A stretch of DNA of 26,747 nucleotides from Octopus sinensis (lineage: Eukaryota), in contig NW_021823587.1 of the NCBI RefSeq assembly GCF_006345805.1, positions 1 through 26,747 on the forward strand. The letters run 5' to 3'. The notes under the pieces were generated by a model. The model was not told the origin of the DNA. It saw only the letters and a list, made by a program, of their open reading frames with translations, and ran no database searches. Below are positions 1-11,066 of the stretch, piece by piece (positions within the stretch are counted from its first letter, which is position 1; each line of letters opens with the position of its first letter). The translations under genes and the position numbers were made by a program.

Positions 1-12
1 GGATGTGCAAGC

Positions 13-13
<1 letters not shown>

Positions 14-55
<42 letters not shown>

Positions 56-183
56 TGTGTGTGTGTGCGTGCGTGCGTGTGTATGTGCGTGCATGTGTGT
101 GTGTGTCTGTGTGTGTGCGTGTGTGTGTGTTTGTGTGTGTGTGTATGTGTTTGTGTGTATGTGTGGTGTGTGTGGTGTGTGTT
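14..183. repeat. (GT)n microsatellite, imperfect
   Basis: Direct reading; explains the CVCV ORFs at 3-213. Confidence 0.97.
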
Positions 184-551
184 TGTAGATATAGATGGGT
201 AACACAATTGTAGAAAACTATAAGTCGATGCAGTTGTGCTTAAAACGCACACGCAGATTGTTCTTGTAGAGCATAATATATACGTTTCGTGCTTTAAGTT
301 GCTTCATTACATGGTTTCACATACAGAAACCATCCGTACGCACGTGAGACCGTACGAAGATGCATTTTTGTGCAAGGTTGAAGACATTGTTTTGGTGTTT
401 CTATATGATATTTTCAGTTTAAAAAACTAGAATATTTTTTGGTGGGAAACAAATCAGGACTGAAATGCTTGCACAGAATCTGAAAGAACTCGAATACTTT
501 GCAGGTTCTCGTAATTGTGTTTGATCAGAATATAGATATTACTCCACACCT

Positions 552-775
<224 letters not shown>

Positions 776-1132
776 AGTATCAAGCAAGGTACTTAGAAGT
801 TTCAAGTCAAATTTGGCCAAGTCCACCTTGCTATCAACGTGTAATGCAGACTAACTAGTAAATCGCCGGTCTAAACACCACTAGCACTTTAAAATTGATC
901 TTCTTTCACTTGCTTGCAATACTCCTATACCCCTATACCCCTATAGCCATATACTTGTACGCATATGGCTGATAGATAGGTTTCTTAAAGCTAACAAAGA
1001 CGACAGACACAAAAATTTGAAGGTTTCCCCAACCGACAAATGGCTTCAAAGATTAATGAGATCTCATTTAGAGAAGGAGAGCGCTGACAGGCGGGCTTTG
1101 ATTTACACATGTATAGATAAATATAAACGTAT

Positions 1133-1215
1133 GTACATACATACATACATACATACATACATACATACATACATACATACATACATACATTCACACACAC
1201 ACACAAACACACACA
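1133..1215. repeat. (ACAT)n/(CA)n microsatellite
   Basis: Direct reading. Confidence 0.95.
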
Positions 1216-1283
1216 TGCACGCACTCATATATATAATGAGCACACATAATACACACTCATGTGTATAATGCGTATATTATATA

Positions 1284-2050
1284 CAGGGTTTTCGGGTTAA
1301 ATTTGACAATTTTTCATGTTTTCTCTTTTCAGATACATCGTGATGTACTGGGGGACAGTCAACGGCGTTGGAGAGCATATAGGTAAGAGTTGTAGTTGAG
1401 AAAAAGGTACTTGACATATTGGATTGGAAGTCAACTGAATATTGGAAAATGGTTATCAATATACCATGATGATTGGCGCCGGCATCACAATGCCGCCATC
1501 TTGACTGCTTCTCAATGCCCTGTGAACAATAAAAGCTGCTGCAAGACGTGACAGGGACCACTACAATCAAGACTACGAAGCCGTGGCCAACAGAAAGGGG
1601 CACAACAGGCGTTCTGGGTGTGTCCGAACGCTGGAATTCAACCCCACATCTTTGAATAAGGACTTAGGCTCAACTCAGACAGCTAAATGCATCTGTTAGG
1701 GACTGTGATGATCCCTAGCTGGAGAGAGTTGCTGCTGGAAACTCATCTGTGTGACGGCAGGATTCGAGTGTTTCTCATACTTCTGGAGAGAGTCAGGAAT
1801 GGTTTGCAGAGAATTTCTGCAACTTCACCAGCCCCATTTCCAGCTTCCTAATTCACCCAATTTTATTCCCACAAGTTATTATGTGTGGGTTGACAAAGAT
1901 ACCAACCGCTCTGCCTTCGACAATCGAGGGCGAGCTGGTCACGAAGATCAAAGAAGTGTTCGAAATTCTTCCTACGGACACCATGAGGAATGCGTCCGCC
2001 AGGTTCCGGAGCCGTCTTGTGAGTGTGATGGAAGCATAGGACGCCTATAA
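1284..2050 (+). mobile_element. Tc1/mariner-superfamily DNA transposon remnant, maT (DD37D)-like, internally deleted and degenerate
   Basis: Begins TA|CAGGGT, a typical TIR start after a TA target. Manual translation across stops and frameshifts gives RKGHNRRSGCVRTLEF, PHIFE*GLRLNSD..LL.TV..P*LERVAAG, then RQDSSVSHTS.ESQEWFAENF...PNSPNFIPTSYYVW and ELVTKIKEVF...RNASARFRSRL. 37 residues separate the QD aspartate from the position of the last catalytic residue. Right TIR not found. Confidence 0.8.
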
Positions 2051-2605
2051 TTTCTAAAGTCAGTGTTACGGTTTTTCTTCTACCACCACCAATAGCAACG
2101 ACAACAATAATAAAGGAGATGATAATGATGATGCTGATGATGATGATTGAAATATAAAAATCACTGGGAAATGTTGTTTACAACATTTCTAAAAATAGCC
2201 CAACAAATACTGCTTTGGCCACGGTCAAAATACAGGTCTCTTGACATGTTCAACAAACCGTGACGCCAAAACCAAACAGCAATCAACTTAAGTAATTTAG
2301 TAAAATCACACAGATTGGTCAGAATACAGTTTGAAAAAATTAACATTCTGGAGTCTATACAAATGTATTTAACCATCTCACTAAAGTTGTAAATTGGAAA
2401 ACATAACTGTCACCACTACTACATGAACCGGAAGATTGCATAGTTTAATGCAGGAAAGTACTAGTTCAATCAGAATGGACATTTAATATTCTATCATTTC
2501 ATATTATATTATCTTATATTATTATAAGATTGTAAATGAAGCGTGAAAATCAAAGTTGGAATTTCTTTAAGTAATAATTCTTCTATACACAATCATAAAC
2601 ACCGT

Positions 2606-2607
2606 GT

Positions 2608-2687
<80 letters not shown>

Positions 2688-2693
2688 TATATA

Positions 2694-2725
<32 letters not shown>

Positions 2726-2806
2726 CATTTCTCTCTCTCTCTCTCTCTCTCTTCTCTCTTATATATATATATATATATACTATATATTATATTATATTAT
2801 ATATAT
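2606..2806. repeat. Compound (TATC)n-(TA)n-(TC)n-(TA)n microsatellite
   Basis: Direct reading. Confidence 0.95.
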
Positions 2807-2883
2807 GATGAAAAAGGTAAGATAGCAAAAGAATAAAAGAGACACGATATATGTAAATAGGGGAATTTATCTGAAAATGTTAT

Positions 2884-2952
2884 ATGTGACAGTTATTCGG
2901 TAGCCATGATAAAACTCCGAGTTTTATCATGGCTACCGAATAATTGTCACAT
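2884..2952. repeat. 69-bp near-perfect palindrome (34-bp arms, 1-nt centre, 1 mismatch)
   Basis: atgtgacagttattcggtagccatgataaaactc-c-gagttttatcatggctaccgaataattgtcacat. Confidence 0.95.
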
Positions 2953-2957
2953 TACAT

Positions 2958-3170
2958 TTACACACATACACACACACACACACATACACACACACACATA
3001 TGTATGCATGTATGTATGTATGTATGTATGTATGTATGTATGTATGTATGTATGTATGTATGTATGAACGTATGTATACTCATACATATATACGTACATA
3101 CGTATATACGTACATAGATACATAGATACGTTCGTACATGCATACATATATGTGTTTGCGCGCGCGTGCA
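2958..3170. repeat. (CA)n/(TATG)n compound microsatellite
   Basis: Direct reading. Confidence 0.93.
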
Positions 3171-3298
3171 TGCCTATTTCTTTAGAAGCCTTATCTCTTT
3201 ATGCCTCCGCCACTCAGGGCGACAGAGTCTGGAGAGGCTTAAAAATACAAATCTACATCCCAACATTTTATAATTACATATACATAGTGTGACGGAGT

Positions 3299-3338
<40 letters not shown>

Positions 3339-3541
3339 TGTGTGTGGTGTGTGTGTGTGTGTGCATTATAAGCATGTATGTGTGTTTTAAATGTATAATT
3401 GTTATTTTTTCTTTTTTTAATACGCTTGTCATGATCATGAAGATTATCTAAACCCCATATATCATAATTAATTCCTTCTTTTTTCACCATCACCATCATC
3501 ATTATCATCATCATCCTTATCATCATCCTCGTCATAATCAC

Positions 3542-3722
3542 CCGCAATACTCGCCGTAGCAGCACCATTATTATCGTTTGACTCAGAAGGTTGTAAATTA
3601 AGCGGTTTGCGGTCCAAAGAAATCAGATCGCGCAAGAATATTGCAAATAATGGTTTGAGCTGTGTAACCAGAGCCGACCATTTCCTACGTACGTCGTCTG
3701 CCTCTTCTTCTTCAGATGACAT
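3542..3722 (-). CDS. Candidate first coding exon of an unidentified host gene (MSSEEEEADDVRRKWSALVTQLKPLFAIFLRDLISLDRKPLNLQPSESNDNNGAATASIA...)
   Basis: aacgccATG start context, in-frame stop 12 nt upstream, non-repetitive protein-like sequence with an amphipathic-looking helix, and a possible donor G|gtgatt at 3542/3541. No family recognised. Confidence 0.35.
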
Positions 3723-3852
3723 GGCGTTAATTCATCCATTGTGCCAACAGACAAGACAGCTGCAGCTTTCGATTCACTTCCCAGTACAGAGAAATCGTAA
3801 ATAATACAAAGAAATTGTAAAACTCAGTGGGTGGTGGACAGAAAGAGACGGA

Positions 3853-3854
3853 TG

Positions 3855-3900
<46 letters not shown>

Positions 3901-3925
3901 GACAGAGACAGAGAGAGAGAGACAT
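3853..3925. repeat. (GA)n/(GACA)n microsatellite
   Basis: Direct reading. Confidence 0.93.
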
Positions 3926-4333
3926 AGACAGACAGAATAGGCCAGAGATAGAAGGGATGAGAGGGAGAGTTGTAATATTAGAGTCAGAAGAAGAAAATGA
4001 GACGTAAAGTGAGGCGGAGGGAAAAGGGTTAATATAAAGACGAAAAGAAACCGAAGTTGTACAGCGTTCCAGATAACGTTTTTATAGTTTCCCTCCATGT
4101 TGTTATCGGATCGCTTGTTGTGAAAGCCGTGTTTACTTGTCGCATTATTTACTCAACTTCATGTAATATTGGGCAAAATATATCCGTTATCTGTCTTCCA
4201 TCGACTTTCATTAAATTCAAGGAAAAAACTTTTTCAGTAAACTAATCATCCAAGTAAAAATAAAAAAGAATAAGTTAATAAAACGGGATGAGAGGGAAAG
4301 AAGGAGAGGAAGTGTGAGTGAGAGAGAGGAGCG

Positions 4334-4448
4334 TTTGTGTGTGTACGTGCGTGTATGTGTGATGTGTGTGGTGTGTGTGCTTATGTGTGTGTGTACTTGT
4401 GTGTGTACGTGTGTGTATGTGTGTGGTGTGTGTGCGTGTGTGTGTGTG

Positions 4449-4490
<42 letters not shown>

Positions 4491-4506
4491 GCTGTGTGTG
4501 CGTGTG
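4334..4506. repeat. (GT)n microsatellite, imperfect
   Basis: Direct reading. Confidence 0.95.
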
Positions 4507-4741
4507 TAAAATAGTGCTTCAAGCCAGGTTTAAAATATAAAGGGCTTCTTCGCGAATCACAGATATCTCATTTCTGTGGCCGTAGGTCGATCGATGGACC
4601 CGAGAAAGAATTTTAGAGGTGCTGGAAACAACACGAAAGACCGTGTTTCTCAAGAAACAGCATCATCTAAAATTTAGCTGACAGCACACGGTTGAAGCCA
4701 TCGAAATGAAACTGTTCTTCTTTCTCTCTTTCTCTCTTGCC

Positions 4742-5579
4742 GAGGCGATTAAAAGTGGCATCACAAGTCATCCGAACATTTTTTGCAGCGAGTTGACCCT
4801 CGACAACACTTCAAACGCCACACGAAGGGTGTGTTATCCAGAGCTAGGATGGTGCTTCTAAGGAACGAAGAGTTGAGGCCGCGCGAGAGGACCGGGTGGC
4901 AGAAGCACAGGCAACAAACCACTTCGGTCTCTGTAGATGAACAGGGGCGCGAATTACTCGAGCCAAGTAAAATGTGTGAGGCCTTTCAACAGCATTTTGC
5001 CCGACTGTTCGGGACAAGTAGAAAGCGAGAAAACAGGGTGGACTTCAATGCCTACCTACACAGCCTGTTAAGACTCTCGACAAGAGAGACAGGGTGCTGC
5101 GAAGGTGCCATCACAGCGGCGGATGTGCGGGACGCGATTAAAGAATGCTCGAGGGACAAATCGCCGGGTTTGGGTGACCTACCCTACGAGCTTTACAGTT
5201 GTATGCCAGACTTTTTGGAGACGTTTTGTAAGCCGAGGACCCGTAACGCTGCTGAAGAAAGATCCAAACAAAGGGGACGTAATAGATAACTTCAAGCCCA
5301 TCACTCTGCTCAATGCAGACGTGAAAATTTTGACAAAGGTGTTAGCCAAGAGGTTGGCGCTTGTCATTGAGAAACTGGTCGACAAGGCGCAAACGTGCGC
5401 CGTGCCGGGCTAGAGCATCCATGACAACCTCCATCTGATGTGCTACATCATAGACAGGATAGTTAAGGAACCTGGCATGGGTGGGGCCCTGATCAACTTG
5501 GATCAATCCAAGGCTTTCAATAGAGTAGACCATCAATACATGGAGGCTGTCCTCAAAGCGGCTGGTTTTAGGCCCGTCT
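4742..5579 (+). mobile_element. Internal ORF2 fragment of the same Tx1-like LINE family as 14354-20614 (linker plus RT N-terminal part), diverged
   Basis: Shares VDEQGRELLEPSKMCEAFQQHFARLFGTS, KSPGL.DLPYE, DNFKPITLLNADVKIL.KVLAKRL and GGALINLDQSKAF.RVDH with ~16378-17268 (-). Has a ~45-bp internal deletion near 5220. Confidence 0.92.
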
Positions 5580-6789
5580 GACGAAGCATTTGAACTCAAT
5601 GTGAAAAACTCGGAAAAATAGAACTCGATATTTTATTCGATATCAAACGATTTTACCAAATCACCGCTTTGTGAGAATTGCTACCGTACTTAAAAATATA
5701 TTCTAACCAATAAAGATATATTCTAACGATGCTATTTAAAGTATATCTCGATATAAGTATATGTTTATGTAATGGAGCCTTCAGAAGTTGCTGTGGCTAA
5801 TGCATAACGTTCCACAGACGCACAAAAGTCATACACATGCAGAAAATAGATTAAAGAACGAATATTGAAGGCATTCATACATTGATGAATTTTAAAGTAT
5901 ATGCGTCATTGCTCAATCTGTTACAGCTGTTTAGTATCCTTTCACCTTTCCTTCTATATTTTATGCACCTCATTGCTTACTAACTGGTTTACATCGCTCT
6001 ACAAGCGTCAGCACGCTGTAAAAAATTCATGTTCACACTTTGCAAGCGTATCGCAGCCATTTTGATTAACAAAAGATGTCGCAATCTCGTCATAGGAGCC
6101 TGCGCTTTCGATTAATGAAATTATTTCAGCTGTGTAGCAGGCTGCATACATCTTATACATCACTTCTCTCTCGTCTGCCACATTACAGATATACGCTCTC
6201 TTAATCAAATACTTCATGCGTTGGTGCCTTTGTGAGCATGTGTGTGTGTGTATGTGTGTGTGTGTTGGTGGGAGCATGTGCGTGTGTGTGTGTGTGTGTG
6301 TGTGCGTGTGTGTGTGTGTGCGTGGATATCCAAGGTGGACATCTTCGTAATAAGCATAAAATGAATGCAGAATATTGTTCTCATTAATATATGTATTCGC
6401 AGGTCACTGTACGCACGCACACACAGACATACACACACACACACACGCGCACACGCACGCACACACTTAGCACTATACCCCACCCCACCCCGCCACTTAT
6501 AGAATAGGTTTCTGTAATTTCGTTTGTTTTTATTTTAATAGAGACAGTCCCGCCTTCTTCCCTGGTAAATACAATGGCTGACAGCCCCTATTATCCGCAA
6601 ACTTAAATACTACTCTTATCGTTATAATGACGGGTTTCGAGCATTGTGGCCTCGGTGAAATGGGTCTTCATAGACGTGCCATTTCCAAACAGACGGGATT
6701 ATTAGCAATTTGTTGATATCTTAGATAATTACACATCTTCGTTTTCTTTTTGTCTGAAATGAATTAATTAGTTTAATGTTACATATTGC

Positions 6790-7365
6790 AAGGCGGCGAG
6801 CAGGCAGAACCGTTAGCACGCCGGGCGAAATGCTTTGCGGTAATTCGTCTGCCGTTACGTTCTGAGTTCAAATTCCGCCAAGGTCGACTTTGCCTTTCAT
6901 CCTTTCGGGGTCGATAAATTAAGTACCAGTTATGCACTGAGGTCGATATAATTGACTTAATCCGTTTGTCTGTCCTTGTTTGTACCCTCTGTATTTAGCC
7001 CCTTGTGGGTAGTAAAGAAATAGCTATTCGTCTGCCGCTACGTTCTGAGTTCAAATTCCGTCGAGGTCGACTTTGCCTTTCATCCTTTCGGGATCGATTA
7101 AATAAGTACCAGTTACACACTGGAGTCGGTATAATCGACTTAATCCGTTCGTCTGTCCTTGTTTGTCCTGTTTGTGTTTAGCCCCTTGTGGTTAGCAAGA
7201 AATAGAAATAGGTACTTCGTATGTCTTTACATTCTGAGTTCAAATTCTGTTGAGGACGACTTTGCTTTCATCCTTTCAAGGTCGATTAAATAAGTACTAG
7301 TTACGTACTAACTGACTGGCCCTCTCCCCCAAAATTTCGGGCCTTTACGTAGAGTAGAAAAGAAT
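6790..7365 (+). mobile_element. tRNA-derived SINE (family A) with three tandem bodies
   Basis: Head aaggcggcgagcaggcagaaccgttagcacgccgggcgaaatgc with A-box-like and B-box (gagttcaaattcc) motifs. The body from ttcgtctgcc is repeated at ~7027 and ~7216. Confidence 0.85.
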
Positions 7366-7370
7366 ATGTT

Positions 7371-7438
7371 ATATATTATGTTAATTCAGTGCATGGCATA
7401 TATTATGTTAATTCAGTACATGGCATATATTATGTTAA
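7371..7438. repeat. 27-bp minisatellite, 2.5 copies (atatattatgttaattcagtRcatggc)
   Basis: Units at 7371, 7398 and 7425 (partial). Confidence 0.9.
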
Positions 7439-7539
7439 AACACCATATGACCTATCAGTGTTACAAGACTGAAACTTACGCTTCAAAGTCACTTTCGATA
7501 AAAAATATTATTATCATTATTGTTACTATTAATATCATT

Positions 7540-7730
7540 AAGGCGACGAGCTGGCAGAATTGATAGCACGCCGGGCAAGATGCCTAGTGGCATTTCGTCT
7601 GTCTTAAGGTCCTGAGATCAAATTCCTATGAGGTCGACTTTACCTTTCATCCTTTCGGTGTCGATGAAATTAGCACCAGTTGCGTACTGATGTCAATGTA
7701 ATCGAATTCTACTGTCTATAGTAGAAAGGA
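7540..7730 (+). mobile_element. SINE family A copy ending in an (ATT)n tail
   Basis: Homologous to the 6790 head and body; followed by ttattattatt. Confidence 0.85.
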
Positions 7731-7767
7731 TTATTATTATTTTATTATTATTATTATTATTATTATT

Positions 7768-7880
7768 AAGGCAGCAACCTGGTGGAATTCGGATAGTCTC
7801 TTAGTGATCTCTACTCTTCTGAATCCAAATTCCTTTTGAGGTCGTTATGGCCTTGCTTTTTGCTTTTTGAGCCAAAAAAT
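7768..7880 (+). mobile_element. Degraded SINE family A copy starting directly after the (ATT)n tail of the previous one
   Basis: aaggcagcaacctggtggaat...ctgaatccaaattcc..gaggtcg aligns loosely with the family A head. Confidence 0.55.
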
Positions 7881-7942
7881 TAACTTAACTTAACTTGATA
7901 CATATTTGTGTGTGTGCGCGCGCGTGTGTGTGTATGTCCGTG

Positions 7943-7999
<57 letters not shown>

Positions 8000-8084
8000 T
8001 TTATTAAAAGCAGCAGAAATATCACAAAAACTGTTACTCAGAGTTTCACGTTCCCGTTCGTCAGCACCACTTTAAGGGGGTTTA

Positions 8085-8309
8085 ACTCGAACAAATCGAC
8101 CGCATGACTTAATTTTCAAGCCTAGTACATATTGTGGTGAACCGTTATGTAATGGGGATGTAAACACACTAACACCCGTCGTCCAGTGGTGATGGGTGGA
8201 CAAGCACAGACACAAAGACACACACATACAAACACACACACACACACACATGCGCTCGCACATATATGTATGTGTGTGTGTGTGTGCATGTGTGTGTGTG
8301 TGGGTGTGT

Positions 8310-8346
<37 letters not shown>

Positions 8347-8495
8347 TATAAAAACATTTTCGACAGGTTTCTTCTAGTTTCCGTCTATCAAATCCACTCA
8401 CAAGGTTTCGGTCGACCCGAGGCGAGTAGAATGATATTTGTCCAAGGTGCCATGCAGTGGGACTGAGCCTGGAACCTTATGGTTGGGAATCAAGC
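8085..8495 (-). mobile_element. Composite tRNA-headed SINE (family B): head 8495-8360, internal (TG)n, tail 8230-8085
   Basis: Minus-strand head with B-box-like ggttccaggctcagtccc and ttggacaaatatcattctactc..cctcgggtcgacc. The tail segment matches 11480-11667 and 10800-10950. Confidence 0.7.
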
Positions 8496-8532
8496 AGAAA
8501 TATATATATATATATGTACAGACAGAGAAGTT

Positions 8533-8567
<35 letters not shown>

Positions 8568-9290
8568 AAACAGATAGACAGACTGATAGACAGACATATA
8601 GCTTAAGAAAACGGCGGGACATGGAGATATTGACAACTACATACATCCATTTGTCCGTAGATGGGGCTTTGTCCTTTAGCTCTGGGCCAGTATTCATGGG
8701 GCGGCTCTATAGTTATAACGATCTTACCGTAATGATCAGGTCCCTTTTTTCTGGCCCCGGTATATCTGCTAACACATTACCGAATTTGTCAATCATTTTT
8801 GGCATAACCGTAGAATGTGGTTTGAAGATAGCTGGCTGCTAGTTCTAATTCATTTTTATAAAGCTACGCACGTGCATACTCGCAGACACACACATACACA
8901 CACACATTCACACGCGCACATACTCTTACATATATGCACATATATGGACATGCGTACATATATATACACATATGTGCATTTACATATATTCAAGCACATA
9001 CATACACTCCCAGAAATGCATCGAGACACACACACACACACAGAAATAACATACACAATTATATACTTGCTTATATACTTGCATATTACGTGTATAAACA
9101 CACAGGCGCAAACACTATACCACAACATAAGTACACGCACATATGCACACATAAATATCATATTTCACACAAACACACACATATACGCATACATACACAC
9201 ATAAACATCATACCCTAACACACACATTCGCATAGACTAATTACACATATAACCTGTTCTGACAAATACATTCACACACACAGAGACGTA

Positions 9291-9301
9291 TATCACGTGA
9301 T

Positions 9302-9310
<9 letters not shown>
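9291..9310. repeat. Perfect 20-bp palindrome tatcacgtgatcacgtgata (two CACGTG motifs)
   Basis: Direct reading; the same motif terminates the SINE at 25407-25713. Confidence 0.9.
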
Positions 9311-9341
<31 letters not shown>

Positions 9342-9350
9342 ATGTATGTA

Positions 9351-9411
<61 letters not shown>

Positions 9412-9777
9412 TTGTACAATCTGTCTCTACAACTATCAACGTCGTCTCGTTCCTTGGGGATTAACACAAGAAAATTATTTTATTTTTATTCCTTATTTCC
9501 ACAACGTAACATAAGAAACAATAAGGAAATATTTATAAAATGGTTTGTGAAACCTAACCATTATTATAACAGAAAACAAAGGATTAAACAAGCTATTAGT
9601 ACGTTGGTTACATAACTAAACAATTGACAAGTAATTATATAAAGAAGTGTAAGTGGACCAGTGCGTTTATTGTTGGTGTAATGACCCTCCTGAGAGTCAA
9701 CAATGTGTGTGTCAGGGGTGTTGGGTCTGTATCTGTCTTGGTAGTCTGTATGTTTGGCTCTGTGTGTGTGTGTGTGT

Positions 9778-9810
<33 letters not shown>

Positions 9811-10644
9811 CTCTGTTTATGTGTGCGCTTTTGTGGCGTCCTGCGACCTATTCGTGTGTATTTTGTCTTACACTCAAAATGTTTAATCGTCTTAGATTTT
9901 AGTAATTTTCCAACTGACAATTGATTGATGGAAACATTTCTGGATTTAGTTAAAGGATTCTCTTCAGTTTTATTTATTTACTCTTTTTTAAAAAATGTTT
10001 TGGATGAACCTTTTCCAGCCCTTCCTGAATGTATTTTTTATTCTTGGTTAATTTTGTTATTGCTTTTGTTGTTGTTGATAATGATGCTTGCATTTTGATT
10101 TATTTATTCTATTTTGGATCGTATATCAACAACAACATCTTAATCAATCGCAATGTGAAACACCATGTGGTGCCGCTTGAGTGTTTTATGAAAATATATT
10201 GCAAAGGTGACAACTGGCACTTCATTGAAACAGAACGTCTTAATCCTCGCAGAATGCAAGCTCATCATCTAGAGGCGCATATATATACATGCTGTCCCCG
10301 CCACAGAAACGTTTCCGTTCTTATAAACTAACAACGAGTTTTCCTCTTGAGGCCCACACGATGTATTCGTTCCTCGCTATGTCGTCACCCCTTGCTGTGT
10401 CTCAAGCCTCAAATCCCGCACACTGAGCACTAAACATTTGCAAATCATTTCACTCCTCAAGCGCTGACCTCTGCCATACCATCCACACCTATGTTTGTTT
10501 TCGCAGTGCTTCTCACGGATCAGTTTCGTTATCGTTTATTTATCCATCATTTTTTATTCGGCTCCTTTTTTATAAAAAAATATTTCATTTTAGCAAAACA
10601 TTAGCACATATTCAGGCTGAAGAAAATCGATTACATCAACTCAT

Positions 10645-10785
10645 ATATATTGGCTGGTACTAATTTTACCGCGGAAAGATAAAAATCGGTATATAGGTGG
10701 AATGTGACCGTATAACGTAAAGACAAGTAACTTAACTACGCGACGTATTTCGTCTGTTGCTCACCAATTTTCTAATCCATCAGCC
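10645..10785 (-). mobile_element. Old degraded SINE family A copy
   Basis: ggtactaattttacc...ggtggaatgtga..aacgtaaagac...tatttcgtctg aligns loosely with the reverse complement of family A (compare 24320-24460). Confidence 0.5.
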
Positions 10786-10799
10786 AACATCTTTTATCT

Positions 10800-11066
10800 T
10801 TAATCTCGTAGAGCAGCCATTCTGGAGCATCATCTCGAAGGGTTTCAGTCGATCAAAAAGACCCTACTACTTAATCGTTCTAAGTTTTGTACTTATTCTA
10901 TCCCTTTTGTTGAACCGCTAAGTTACGGGAAGGTAAGGAGACCGACACGGACATTAGTCGGTCCGTTACTATAACAGAAGACACTTGCACAAAGTGTCAC
11001 TCATTGGAACTGAAACCTCGAGAACGCTGTTGCTAAGCAAGCTTTTTAACTGTTCGGCCATGGCCT
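10800..11066 (-). mobile_element. SINE family B copy with internal deletion (head and tail joined)
   Basis: Tail motif gaaccgctaagttacggg and head motif agaagacacttgc..aaagtgtcac..gaactgaa match other family B copies. Confidence 0.65.

Noticed and set aside
3-213. Cys/Val-rich ORFs here, and similar His/Thr, Tyr/Ile, Leu/Ser/Ile/Tyr, poly-His, poly-Met, poly-Ile and poly-Asn ORFs throughout the window
   Set aside because: They are translations of (GT)n, (TA)n, (TATC)n, (CAT)n and (AAT)n microsatellites.
1333-1382. 50-nt plus-strand exon-like segment with good acceptor (ttctcttttcag) and donor (gtaaga)
   Set aside because: It lies inside the 5' region of the maT remnant, the peptide is unrecognised and no partner exons were found. 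It could be a transposon intron signal or chance.
5578-5610. CTGACGA...GAAA hammerhead-like core at the end of the Tx1 fragment
   Set aside because: Stem II is weak, and there is no stem III, NUH site or stem I.
6008-6277. 89-aa minus-strand ORF
   Set aside because: It starts in a microsatellite and has no recognisable motif or splice support.
8724-8830. Minus-strand open frame (AIFKPHSTVMPKMIDKFGNV...) ending at an ACG|gtaaga donor
   Set aside because: No polypyrimidine acceptor and the peptide is unrecognised.
9925-9975. Minus-strand CTGAAGA...GAAA
   Set aside because: The intervening sequence is a direct repeat and cannot form stem II; no stem I.
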